DNA from: Treponema sp.
GTDB lineage: Bacteria; Spirochaetota; Spirochaetia; Treponematales; Breznakiellaceae
Reading direction: 5' to 3'
Length of the DNA: 64,000 nucleotides
Assembly: GCA_031257105.1 (NCBI GenBank)
Contig: JAIRPG010000048.1
Coordinates: 2,684 to 66,683, forward strand
The position numbers and the translations under genes were made by a program. Shown piece by piece: positions 1 to 8,588 of the stretch. Positions within the stretch are counted from its first letter, which is position 1; each line of letters opens with the position of its first letter. The notes under the pieces were generated by a model that was not told the DNA's origin, did no database searches, and saw nothing but the letters and a program-made list of their open reading frames with translations.

Positions 1-195
1 AAACGGCTGTTCGCCGCGCTCCGCGCCGCCGGGCGTCTGTACCGGGATTCCCCGGTGTCGAGCGGCTTCCAAGATGTTTGCCGCCACCAGGCGCTGATAG
101 GGGAACAGGTAGGAATATCCAAAGAACCGTTTTGCCGCTTCGTTGAAAAAGTCCGCTAAAACCGCATCCGGTTCTTTTTCACCGGAATCCACCAT
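1..195 (-). CDS. RecQ-like ATP-dependent DNA helicase, N-terminal fragment (gene runs off the window start)
   Basis: Own translation of the minus strand from ATG at 195-193: MVDSGEKEPDAVLADFFNEAAKRFFGYSYLFPYQRLVAANILEAARHRG. It resembles the RecQ N-terminal FGY..F.P.Q segment. AAGGAGG lies 5 nt upstream. The frame is open to position 1. Confidence 0.4.
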   Translation of the reverse strand, partial: MVDSGEKEPDAVLADFFNEAAKRFFGYSYLFPYQRLVAANILEAARHRGIPVQTPGGAERGEQPF

Positions 196-307
196 TACCG
201 CCTCCTTGAGGAACCGCCGCCGAGCGTTTCTCTCTTTTATGGGGAGGAGTTACGGTTTTGCTTTTATTAAGGAGAAGACTACGCCCGGAGAAGACGGCGC
301 CTGCGGC

Positions 308-553
308 TTATGATGATTCTTCCACCAGCCCTAAATCTTCGCTGTCGCTTACTTCTGGGGCGGCTTTGGCAAGCTGCTTGATTTTTTTAGACGAGGGTGG
401 AGAAACCCGGCGCTTGGTCACCCGCGGATGGTAATAGAGACGGGCCACGTAGGTGACCAGCAGGAAATACAGAAACACCACCACCGTAACGGCGATAACC
501 TGCCATGAAGTGATTACCTGGATCAATAAACTTTTCAGTTCTTCAGAAAGCAT
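308..553 (-). CDS. small single-pass membrane protein (hypothetical)
   Basis: 81-aa ORF with one hydrophobic helix (VIAVTVVVFLYFLLVTYVA) followed by a basic/acidic tail. No recognisable family. Confidence 0.35.
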   Translation of the reverse strand: MLSEELKSLLIQVITSWQVIAVTVVVFLYFLLVTYVARLYYHPRVTKRRVSPPSSKKIKQLAKAAPEVSDSEDLGLVEESS

Positions 554-635
554 CTTGTACCTGACTTATTTTCGGTATATTCAAGACGTAAACTTACGGG
601 ATCTGTCCGGAAACCCGGTTGATTTCCGAACAGAT

Positions 636-1214
636 CTACTTTATCGGGCCGCCGTCTCGTCCAAGACGAAAGGCTTTTATGTTTGCCTCCGCCACCAGGG
701 GATCTTTGCCGGCAAAGGCCGCGGAGATCGTCTTTTCCAGTATCGTTCCAGAGATGGAGAGAAACGGGGAAGCGGCTCCCACCATGACCATGTTGACGGC
801 CCGGGGAAGTCCCGCCTGTTTTGCCAGAGACGCGGCCTCAACCAGCCGGAACAGGGGAAAACTCCGGATAACCGAGAGTATATCGGCTGTTTCCGGGTAA
901 TCGGGGATGTTTATAAAGGGATCCGCCGCGCTCACCAGAGCCCCTTCTGGGGAAAGCCATGCCGCGTAACGAAGGCTTTCCAGGGGTTCCATGGAAATAA
1001 TCAAATCCGCGCCGCCTTGGGGAACCAGATCGCCATGGATCGGGCCGTTAGAGATCCGCAGATGGGCCAGAACCGCGCCGCCTCGCTGGGCCATGCCGTG
1101 TACTTCGGATTGCCGTACCGTCAATTCCGAAGATACCGCGGCTTGGGCGATGATTGCCGCAATGGAAAGCGCTCCTTGACCTCCTACTCCCGCAAGAATG
1201 ATGTCCTTTTTCAT
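636..1214 (-). CDS. 2-oxoacid:ferredoxin oxidoreductase gamma-domain protein (indolepyruvate oxidoreductase subunit beta-like)
   Basis: N-terminus MKKDIILAGVGGQGALSIAAIIAQAA and a length of 192 aa are typical of IorB/POR-gamma family proteins. No alpha-subunit gene is adjacent. Confidence 0.65.
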   Translation of the reverse strand: MKKDIILAGVGGQGALSIAAIIAQAAVSSELTVRQSEVHGMAQRGGAVLAHLRISNGPIHGDLVPQGGADLIISMEPLESLRYAAWLSPEGALVSAADPFINIPDYPETADILSVIRSFPLFRLVEAASLAKQAGLPRAVNMVMVGAASPFLSISGTILEKTISAAFAGKDPLVAEANIKAFRLGRDGGPIK

Positions 1215-1245
1215 AGAATCATCCTACCGCGTTTCCCCTGTCTGT

Positions 1246-2007
1246 TCAAGGAGATGAACCAGGGCCACCGGCGTCGAATTCCCGGGACCGTTTTTTCCCC
1301 AACCGGGCGGCCTTCGCAAAGATAGCCTCCATATAGGCTCCTTCCCGGGCCGTCAACCCCGCGCGGGAAAACACATCCCGGAAAAAACGTTCCTGATCTT
1401 CCCGCCCCGGCTGCTTGTAAAAGCCGAGAGAGGCCAGGGAACCCGTTACCGATGCGGCCAGGGCATCGAGTTCCGGCCCGACAAGGGGAACCCAGGCCCC
1501 TTGAGCGGGAGCCTCCGCCGCCGCGCCCAAAACGCGGAAAAGCTCATAGGCGTAGATCTGTACCGCGTGGGACAAATTGAGGGAAGGAAAAGCGTCGGCG
1601 GAGGGAATATGAGAGGCGACGCCGCAGAACGCGAGCTCGCCGGCTTCAAGACCGGCGCGTTCATTGCCAAATACGAGAGCTGTCCTGCCATGCCGTTCCC
1701 GGAGCCATTCGGCTAGTTCCCTGGGATCCAGGGTGATGTTTTTCCGCCTGAGCCCCCGGCGGCGGGTAACGCCGGCAACAAAGGCGCAATCAGCCGACGC
1801 CTCGGCAAGAGACGCGAATATCTCCGCTCCCTCCCATATATCCGGCGCATGAACCGTCCGCGCCCGGATTGTCCCTTCGTCCATAGGCTCCGGGGAAACC
1901 AGCCGCAATCGAGAAAGCCCCATATTCTTCATAGCCCGGCATACCGCTCCGACATTCCCCGGTTCAGAAGGCCGGCAAAGAATGATCACCACATCGGAAA
2001 GCAACAT
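1246..2007 (-). CDS. SpoU/TrmH-family RNA 2'-O-methyltransferase (TrmJ-like)
   Basis: VIILCRPSEPGNVGAVCRAMKNMG, LVFGNERAGL and IPS..AFPSLNLSHAV are SPOUT methyltransferase motifs. Confidence 0.7.
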   Translation of the reverse strand: MLLSDVVIILCRPSEPGNVGAVCRAMKNMGLSRLRLVSPEPMDEGTIRARTVHAPDIWEGAEIFASLAEASADCAFVAGVTRRRGLRRKNITLDPRELAEWLRERHGRTALVFGNERAGLEAGELAFCGVASHIPSADAFPSLNLSHAVQIYAYELFRVLGAAAEAPAQGAWVPLVGPELDALAASVTGSLASLGFYKQPGREDQERFFRDVFSRAGLTAREGAYMEAIFAKAARLGKKRSREFDAGGPGSSP

Positions 2008-2076
2008 GGCTCATTATACCATACCGCATAACAAACGGTACCAGGAACCTCCGGGTAGTATTTTTTGATATGGATA

Positions 2077-2094
2077 TGTCTATTTTTATAGACA
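2077..2094. repeat. mini palindrome TGTCTAT-tttt-ATAGACA sharing the core of the larger palindromic element family
   Basis: Perfect 7-bp inverted repeat with a 4-nt loop in the AT-rich 2008-2280 intergenic region. Confidence 0.5.
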
Positions 2095-2174
2095 AATAGA
2101 ACATGAAAGACACTTCACGTTCTGGTAACGCCGCTTACGGCTGCTTGTTATACCGGTTGAGCCGTATAGGAGAA

Positions 2175-2209
2175 ATAGGTAACTTGTTATTATACAACAA
2201 CTTACCTAT
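2175..2209. repeat. 13-bp imperfect inverted repeat (ATAGGTAAcTTGTT / AACAAcTTACCTAT)
   Basis: Read directly: 8 + 5 bp arms interrupted by one C.C mismatch, with a 7-nt loop. It lies in the divergent intergenic region. Confidence 0.5.
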
Positions 2210-2280
2210 TATCCGTGTGTACGTAATAGTGAAAAATTTGCAGATTTTCTTTTCTGCTGTTCCGAGCCGCGCTATTTGGC

Positions 2281-2943
2281 ATGGAATTTGCTAACAAAGA
2301 AAGTATGATGAAAGATAATTCTGAAAAGCCGATAGCGGTTTCCCGTACTTTCCAGATGGAAAAGATTCTTTTTTATAGTGAAATCAAGTCGGAGCTGATT
2401 AGGAAAGCCTTTCACGTTCTGATTGCCATAAGCCCCCCCATGGCGGCGATGAACCGCCTGTTCACCGTATACCTCTTAATAGCCGGAACGCTGGCGTATG
2501 CCGGTCTGGAATCTTTCCGCCTGGCAGGAATACAGGTTCCCGTTATTTCCCGCCTTACCAGCCTAGCCTCCCGGCCCCGGGATCGGGGATGCTTTGTACT
2601 GGGGCCGGTGACTCTTGGGCTGGGCGCGCTCCTCTCCCTGCTCTTGTATCCTTCACCGGCGGCGTCTATCGCCATATATGCCCTGGCTTTTGGGGACGGA
2701 GCGGCCAGCTTAATTGGTAAGCTGTTCGGAAGGATACGCCCGGCTTTTTTAATAGGCAAAAGCATTGAAGGTTCTCTGGCCTGCTTCTTCGCCGTGTTGA
2801 TAAGTTCCTACCTGGTAACGCCGAGCTTCAGGACGGCTTTCTTCGCGGCGCTGACCGCTACTTTGGTGGAAGCCCTTCCCCTGAAAGATTACGACAACAT
2901 CGCGCTGCCCCTCACCGTAGGTTTTGTTGTTCAGCTTTTATAA
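2281..2943 (+). CDS. CTP-dependent polyprenol/dolichol-kinase-like membrane protein (phosphatidate cytidylyltransferase family)
   Basis: Multi-TM protein with RKAFHVLIA, FGDGAASLIGKLFGR and GKSIEGSLACF motifs typical of the CTP_transf_1/dolichol kinase family. The start could instead be the downstream MM. Confidence 0.55.
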   Translation: MEFANKESMMKDNSEKPIAVSRTFQMEKILFYSEIKSELIRKAFHVLIAISPPMAAMNRLFTVYLLIAGTLAYAGLESFRLAGIQVPVISRLTSLASRPRDRGCFVLGPVTLGLGALLSLLLYPSPAASIAIYALAFGDGAASLIGKLFGRIRPAFLIGKSIEGSLACFFAVLISSYLVTPSFRTAFFAALTATLVEALPLKDYDNIALPLTVGFVVQLL

Positions 2944-3019
2944 GAAAAATGGGTGAGCATCGAGCGCCGGGACAGGACGAGTGGCTTGTAACGTGTAACG
3001 CTCGCCTCCCGGGGAGGGG

Positions 3020-3853
3020 TTATAACCAAAGGTAGACTTTGCGTATCTGGGCGCACATGAACCAGGTACCCGTTACCAGAAGCGCCAGGGCCGGCAGGGG
3101 AGTAAGCCATGTGTCGGAACTGAAAAGCATATTTCTGCCCAGCACGGCGAGAAAAGAGCCGCCTCCGATAATCAGATATTCCCTGGAACCCCGTGAATAG
3201 GCGGCGATAAAAAAGCTCGCCATTGTTATCAGGATGACGCCGATTTCAACTAATTTGAGCATGGTAGAATAGCCGCTTACCATGTTTAAACTGCTGTCCC
3301 AGGAGAGCCCGTCAATGGGGATACCGAGGGCAAAAACAAAGGCCGCCGCGACGCCGATAAGGACAAAGTTCTCCTGTCTTCGCATTTCCATACCCGATGC
3401 GTAGAGGCTCGCGGTAAACAGCGAAAAAATCCCGAAGAATCGGGCAAAAAACAACACCCTGAATGACAAGGTGATGTATATGCCGGGGAGTTCATAGAGC
3501 ATCCACAACGGCGCCGTAACGCGAATTCCTTCAAAGATAAATGAAAAAACGAAAAGGGCAAGAAAAAGTATCTCTGCGGCGAGTGTTTTCTCAAAAAAGT
3601 AGTAGATAACGCTCAGGGTGATAAAGGCATAGGCCACCGCCGCAACCATCGTGACAAAGGAAACAGCGGGAACCGGCTTGAAGAACCGTCCGGTCAATAA
3701 CTGGATAAGTCCCGGCGCTCGTTTAATCGCCATGGCCGTCAGATCCGGGTAAAGGGGCAACATCCGAAAAGCAAGAACGGAGATCATGACCAGCGCCGCT
3801 ATACCGACCACTATACCGACCTTCAATAGGTTGTTACGGCTTGAAAGGGTCAT
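3020..3853 (-). CDS. polytopic membrane protein (hypothetical)
   Basis: 277-aa ORF with about 8 hydrophobic segments. No family recognised. Confidence 0.5.
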   Translation of the reverse strand: MTLSSRNNLLKVGIVVGIAALVMISVLAFRMLPLYPDLTAMAIKRAPGLIQLLTGRFFKPVPAVSFVTMVAAVAYAFITLSVIYYFFEKTLAAEILFLALFVFSFIFEGIRVTAPLWMLYELPGIYITLSFRVLFFARFFGIFSLFTASLYASGMEMRRQENFVLIGVAAAFVFALGIPIDGLSWDSSLNMVSGYSTMLKLVEIGVILITMASFFIAAYSRGSREYLIIGGGSFLAVLGRNMLFSSDTWLTPLPALALLVTGTWFMCAQIRKVYLWL

Positions 3854-3906
3854 AGGGCAAGTATATCCTATCCGCCGGTTCGCCTCAATAGTTTTGCAAC
3901 AGCCTC

Positions 3907-3947
3907 ATAAAAAAGGCTCATTCCTTGTGTTACAAAGAATGAGCCTT
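3907..3947 (-). terminator. intrinsic terminator downstream of tRNA-Pro
   Basis: 11-bp perfect stem (AAGGCTCATTC / GAATGAGCCTT, 3913-3923 and 3937-3947) with a 13-nt loop. It is followed on the minus strand by TTTTTTAT. Confidence 0.7.
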
Positions 3948-3962
3948 GCAAGGGAAATCCTC

Positions 3963-4040
3963 TGGTCGGGCAACCCGGATTCGAACCGGGGACCCCAAGT
4001 CCCCCAGACTTGTACGCTAAACCAACTGCGCTATTGCCCG
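3963..4040 (-). tRNA. tRNA-Pro (anticodon GGG)
   Basis: The reverse complement folds by hand into a cloverleaf. Acceptor CGGGCAA/TTGCCCG, D arm GCGC..GCGT, anticodon stem CAAGT/ACTTG with loop CTGGGGG, T arm CCCGG-TTCGAAT-CCGGG, and an encoded CCA. Length 78 nt. Confidence 0.9.
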
Positions 4041-4072
4041 GCCAGAAGCCCTTCTCCCTAAACGATGACCTT

Positions 4073-4102
4073 AATTTATCATACCCTCAGAAAGTGTGTC
4101 AA
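4073..4102 (-). promoter_or_regulatory. candidate sigma-70 promoter for tRNA-Pro
   Basis: Minus strand TTGACA (4102-4097), 18-nt spacer, TAAATT (4078-4073), about 30 nt upstream of the mature tRNA 5' end. Confidence 0.35.
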
Positions 4103-4111
4103 GAGAGGCTG

Positions 4112-4141
4112 TTGCAAAATCCGCCTCCTTTCGAGTATGCT
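4112..4141 (+). promoter_or_regulatory. candidate sigma-70 promoter of the hprK operon, positioned for a leaderless transcript
   Basis: TTGCAA (4112-4117), 18-nt spacer, TATGCT (4136-4141). Exactly 6 nt separate the hexamer from the ATG at 4148, and there is no Shine-Dalgarno sequence. Confidence 0.4.
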
Positions 4142-4147
4142 GGAATC

Positions 4148-5137
4148 ATGCCCGTAAAGCGGTTTACCGTATTAGATTTGATCAATATCGATTTAAAGGA
4201 ACATAACTCCCTTAACCTCCACTGCGCCGGGGGGAGGAAGGGACTTTCGCGGGAGATTACCGTACCGGAACTGAACCGTCCGGGGCTTGCACTTTCGGGC
4301 TTTTATGATTCCTTTGCCTACCGGCGGATACAGATCTTAGGACGGGGAGAGGTCTCCTATCTTCAGAAGCTTTCCGATGAAGGGAAGATCGACACGATCC
4401 GGCAGATGTTCAGCTATACCATTCCCTGCTGCATCGTGACCCATAACCTTTGCCCTGACGCCGGCTTCTTTGAGGAAGCCGAGAACGCGCAATGCCCGGT
4501 ACTTCAGACCGATTTAGAGACATCGGAATTCATAGCCCGGCTCATGCGGATACTGGCGGATATATTCGCCCCTCAGAAAAGCATCCATGGGGTGCTGGTA
4601 GAGGTTTACGGCGTGGGGATCCTCATCCTGGGGGATTCGGGAGTAGGCAAGAGCGAGACCGCCCTGGAGTTGATCGAGCGAGGCCACCGGCTGGTAGCGG
4701 ATGACGTGGTGGACATTCGCAATGTCAGCGGTAACATCCTGCTGGGGGCCGGCGCCAACCGGATCATCGGTCACCACATGGAAATTCGGGGATTGGGGAT
4801 CATCAACATTACCCACCTGTACGGCGTGGGCGCCATCCGCGACCGCAAGCAGATCCAACTGGTAGTGGCGTTGGAGGCGTGGGATCCGCAAAAGGTCTAT
4901 GACCGGCTGGGAATCGAGGACAAGGTAATGGATATACTAGGAATCAACGTTCCCATGCTGGAAATTCCCGTAAAACCAGGCCGGAACATTCCCATCATCA
5001 TCGAAGCGGCGGCTATGAATGAGCGGCTCAAGAAAATGGGGTACAATTCCGCTAAGGAATTCAATCAGAACGTCCTTAAATGGATAGAAAGCAACAAGGC
5101 CCGCTCTGTTTACTTTGGGCAAGAAGACATCATATAG
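4148..5137 (+). CDS. hprK: HPr kinase/phosphorylase
   Basis: MPVKRFTVLDL..., Walker A GDSGVGKSETALELI, and HRLVADD and MEIRGLGIINI signature motifs. The longer ORF from 4010 overlaps the tRNA, so the internal ATG at 4148 was chosen. Confidence 0.9.
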   Translation: MPVKRFTVLDLINIDLKEHNSLNLHCAGGRKGLSREITVPELNRPGLALSGFYDSFAYRRIQILGRGEVSYLQKLSDEGKIDTIRQMFSYTIPCCIVTHNLCPDAGFFEEAENAQCPVLQTDLETSEFIARLMRILADIFAPQKSIHGVLVEVYGVGILILGDSGVGKSETALELIERGHRLVADDVVDIRNVSGNILLGAGANRIIGHHMEIRGLGIINITHLYGVGAIRDRKQIQLVVALEAWDPQKVYDRLGIEDKVMDILGINVPMLEIPVKPGRNIPIIIEAAAMNERLKKMGYNSAKEFNQNVLKWIESNKARSVYFGQEDII

Positions 5138-5145
5138 GGTTATTT

Positions 5146-5412
5146 ATGGTAGAAGCAAACGTTACGATACAAAACCGCGCCGGTATTCATGCCAGGCCGG
5201 CGGCGCTCCTGGTACAGACCACGAAGGATTTCAAAGCCGGTATCTATCTTGAAAAAGGAAGCGACCGGATTAATGGAAAATCCATCATGGGGATCATCAC
5301 CCTGGGGGCGGCCTACGGCACGGAACTCAAGATCATCGCCGACGGGGAAGATGAACAAGCCGCGTTAGACGCGCTGGTTAAGCTTTTTGACTCAAAGTTT
5401 GAGGAAGACTAG
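5146..5412 (+). CDS. ptsH: phosphocarrier protein HPr
   Basis: 88 aa with GIHARPA (His15) and INGKSIMG (Ser46), both at canonical positions counted from ATG 5146. Confidence 0.9.
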   Translation: MVEANVTIQNRAGIHARPAALLVQTTKDFKAGIYLEKGSDRINGKSIMGIITLGAAYGTELKIIADGEDEQAALDALVKLFDSKFEED

Positions 5413-5421
5413 TACCGCCCC

Positions 5422-7215
5422 GTGAAAACGGTTCGGATACACCCGAAATACTTCCTCATCAATGTCCGGGGTTTGATCCTTATATATCTTCTCCTCTGCG
5501 TCTTAACGGTGTTGTTTTCCCGGTCTTTCTTTATAGAAACGCTGCGGGACGGACGGATGCCGGGTTCCCTTGCCTTGGTAGTATTTTTTACCATTCCGGG
5601 GGTGCTGTTTTTTTTCCTGGCCTTTTCAGTTTTCAATCTAATCCGGGATCTTATCTTCCGCCGAGCGGGGAGCAAGTTCCAAACCAGGCTCTTCGCCTAT
5701 TTTATCGTAATCGTCATGTTCGCATCCGCGCCGGTAACGGTGATCACCATCCAATCGGTATACGAAATGGTGCGGTTCTGGCGGGCCATTAATGTGGAGC
5801 AGGGGCTTCTGGAAGCCCGGCGGCTGACTATCGATAACTATACGATGCAGTTGGAACGGTTTGAACGGATCATCGGGGCGGCGAACTTTGAAACGGCGCT
5901 GTCCGAAGGGGCGGAGTACCCGGAAGAACTTAACGCGCAGGATATAACCGCGGTGGAAGATTTCCGCTTAGGGGAAGACGGCGTCTGGACGAGCGCGGCG
6001 TTCGCGGGAGACCCGCTCCGAATCCTGCCCCGCCCTCCGGCGGCGCGGCGCGGCTTCGCGGCCCGTGAAATTCCCCGCGATACGGACGCGATCCGTTATA
6101 CCCTCCTGCTCAAAGAGGATACCCTACGGGTCGTAACCTGCGATTTGGGGGCGGGGTTTGACCGGACGGTGGAGATCGTAGAGGCTGAGTTGGCCCGCTT
6201 TGAAGTGATCGATTCCCTCAGGCTCAACATGGCGCCCCTGCTGGCCTTCTATTATGGGGTGTTCTTCCTTCCTACCCTGCTTATGACGGTGATCATCGCA
6301 ATTTCTTTTTCCCGGCGGGTAACCCAGCCTATCGTGGAGCTGACCGAGGCGACCCGGCGGGTGGCGGAGGGGAATTTTTCCATCCAGATCGTGTCCCTGC
6401 CGGGAGATGAACTGGGACTTTTGATCAGCTCTTTCAACGCTATGGTGCGGGATCTGGAAAAAACCCGGAGCGCCCTCGTAAAGGCGGAAAAAATTTCCAT
6501 TTGGCAGAGCATGGCCCAGCAGCTCGCCCACGAGATCAAGAACCCCCTCACCCCCATCAAACTTTCCGCGGAACGGGTTTTGCGGCGCTGGCGGAACGAT
6601 CCCGGGCGCGTTGGGGATATCCTGGAGGATTCTATGCTGGCCATCATTCAAGAAGTGGAAGGTCTTTCGGCGCTGCTCACCGAATTTAGAACGCTTTCCC
6701 GGCCTTTGGAGCCCTCTCCTTCCCGGACGGGAGTTCGAAAACTGGTGGAAGAGACCATAGCCCTCTACCGGAGCTCCCACCCCGGGATAAGCTTCGATCT
6801 GGAACATTTGGAAGATATGTATATACACATCGACCGGCGGCATATTGCCCAGGCGCTGACCAACCTTATCATTAACGGGATAGACGCCATGGACGGACGG
6901 GGGATCATCGAGATCCGCGCCGATCTCGTTAAAAAACGGGAGAGCCGCTATTGCAGGTTGAGTATCCGGGACACGGGCAAGGGAATTTCCGAAGAAGACA
7001 AGCCAAGAATTTTTACCCCCTATTTTACGACGAAGGCATCGGGAACCGGCCTGGGTTTGCCTATCGTCGAGCGGATCGTCAATGATCACGGCGGAACCAT
7101 CTGGTTTAATTCGGCGCCGGGCATGGGAACCACGTTTTTTGTTGATTTACCTGCCGATAATCTATCCGGCGCCGCGCCGGCGGAGGGATCGGAAAACGGG
7201 AAGGATGAAACATGA
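5422..7215 (+). CDS. NtrY-like sensor histidine kinase (multi-TM, HAMP, HisKA, HATPase)
   Basis: N-terminal TM bundle, HAMP-like segment, H-box LAHEIKNPLTPIKLSAERV (the NtrY-type signature), and N/G1/G2 boxes (NLIINGIDAM, DTGKGI, GTGLGLPIV). GTG start. Confidence 0.85.
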   Translation: MKTVRIHPKYFLINVRGLILIYLLLCVLTVLFSRSFFIETLRDGRMPGSLALVVFFTIPGVLFFFLAFSVFNLIRDLIFRRAGSKFQTRLFAYFIVIVMFASAPVTVITIQSVYEMVRFWRAINVEQGLLEARRLTIDNYTMQLERFERIIGAANFETALSEGAEYPEELNAQDITAVEDFRLGEDGVWTSAAFAGDPLRILPRPPAARRGFAAREIPRDTDAIRYTLLLKEDTLRVVTCDLGAGFDRTVEIVEAELARFEVIDSLRLNMAPLLAFYYGVFFLPTLLMTVIIAISFSRRVTQPIVELTEATRRVAEGNFSIQIVSLPGDELGLLISSFNAMVRDLEKTRSALVKAEKISIWQSMAQQLAHEIKNPLTPIKLSAERVLRRWRNDPGRVGDILEDSMLAIIQEVEGLSALLTEFRTLSRPLEPSPSRTGVRKLVEETIALYRSSHPGISFDLEHLEDMYIHIDRRHIAQALTNLIINGIDAMDGRGIIEIRADLVKKRESRYCRLSIRDTGKGISEEDKPRIFTPYFTTKASGTGLGLPIVERIVNDHGGTIWFNSAPGMGTTFFVDLPADNLSGAAPAEGSENGKDET

Positions 7216-8588
7216 CGAATATACTCATTATCGATGACGAGCCGGGAATCCGGAGCGCGCTGGCGGCGATCCTGGAAGACGAGCGTTACCGGGTCTTTAC
7301 CGCGGAGGACGCCCTCGCCGGTATGGAAATTTTGAACCGGGAGCCGGTGGATCTGATCTTTCTCGATGTGCTGCTTCCCCGTATGGGGGGGCTTGAAGCG
7401 TTGCAGCGCCTGCGTCTCGAGTGGCCCGGCGTTGAAGTGATCGTTATTTCCGGCCACGCGAATGTGGATATGGCGGTTCGGGCGGTTAAGTTTGGAGCCT
7501 TCGACTTTCTGGAAAAACCGCTCTCCCTCGACCGGGTTCTTACCGTATGCCGCAATGCCCTGGCCCTGCAAAAACTCAGGGAAGAGAACAGGGGCCTCAA
7601 AAAAGACGCCGAAGTTAAGGAAGAGATTATCGGTTCAAGCCCGGCCATCACCCGGTTTCGGGAAATGATCCGGCAGGCCGCCGCCAGCGACGCCCGAATA
7701 CTCATCAGCGGGGAGAACGGCACGGGAAAGGAACTGGCCGCCCGGGCCATACACGGCCTGTCAGGTCGGAGCGCCCAGGCGTTTGTGGAGGTCAACTGCG
7801 CCGCCATCCCCGACACGCTCATCGAAAGCGAACTTTTCGGTCACGAACAGGGGGCCTTTACCGGCGCGGTTTCCAGCCGGCGGGGCCGATTTGAGCTTGC
7901 CGACAAGGGAACCCTCTTTCTCGATGAGATCGGCGATATGAGTCTTTCCGCGCAGGCAAAAGTGCTGCGGGCGATACAGGAACAAAAAATCGAGCGGGTC
8001 GGAGGCGAAAAGATCATCGAGACCAATGTCCGTATTGTGGCGGCCAGCAACAAAGACCTAGACCGAGAATGTGAAGCGGGCCGTTTCCGGCGGGATCTCT
8101 TTTTCCGGCTGAACGTGATCCCCATCAAAGTACCGGCCCTGCGGGAACGGGTTGAAGACGTGCCCCTGCTGCTTTCCCACTTTCTCCGGGAGCTGGAAAT
8201 GGCGAATGTTGAATTTGACGCGGAAGCGCTGGATTTCCTCTGCTCGTACCGATGGCCGGGGAATGTTCGGGAACTGAAAAATCTGGCGGAACGTATCGCC
8301 GTGATGGGGAAGAGCGATAAGATAGGGCTTACGGCTTTGCGGGAACTTTTTCAAAAGCCTCTGGAAAAAACAGAGTCCGCCTCCGGATCGGTTGGACAAA
8401 ACTCCCTACCGGCTCATATACTGAATATGAATTACGCTGAGGCCAAAGGGCTTTTCGAAAAAACGTATTTAGAATATCAACTTGCCAAAAATGAAGGCGT
8501 TATATCCCGAACGGCGGAAGCCATCGGAATGTATCCGAGTAATCTTCATGCCAAGTTACGAAAATATGAGGTGAGGGTAGAACGATGA
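7212..8588 (+). CDS. sigma-54-dependent response regulator (NtrC/NtrX/AtoC family)
   Basis: Receiver domain (ILIIDDEP...DLIFLDV), AAA+ domain with GENGTGKE Walker A and an intact GAFTGA loop, and a C-terminal HTH. The ATGA start/stop overlaps the kinase. Confidence 0.9.
   Translation: MTNILIIDDEPGIRSALAAILEDERYRVFTAEDALAGMEILNREPVDLIFLDVLLPRMGGLEALQRLRLEWPGVEVIVISGHANVDMAVRAVKFGAFDFLEKPLSLDRVLTVCRNALALQKLREENRGLKKDAEVKEEIIGSSPAITRFREMIRQAAASDARILISGENGTGKELAARAIHGLSGRSAQAFVEVNCAAIPDTLIESELFGHEQGAFTGAVSSRRGRFELADKGTLFLDEIGDMSLSAQAKVLRAIQEQKIERVGGEKIIETNVRIVAASNKDLDRECEAGRFRRDLFFRLNVIPIKVPALRERVEDVPLLLSHFLRELEMANVEFDAEALDFLCSYRWPGNVRELKNLAERIAVMGKSDKIGLTALRELFQKPLEKTESASGSVGQNSLPAHILNMNYAEAKGLFEKTYLEYQLAKNEGVISRTAEAIGMYPSNLHAKLRKYEVRVER

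Noticed and set aside
4010-4147. N-terminal extension of the hprK ORF (start at 4010).
   Set aside because: It overlaps the tRNA-Pro gene and its promoter region. The HprK homology begins at the internal ATG 4148.
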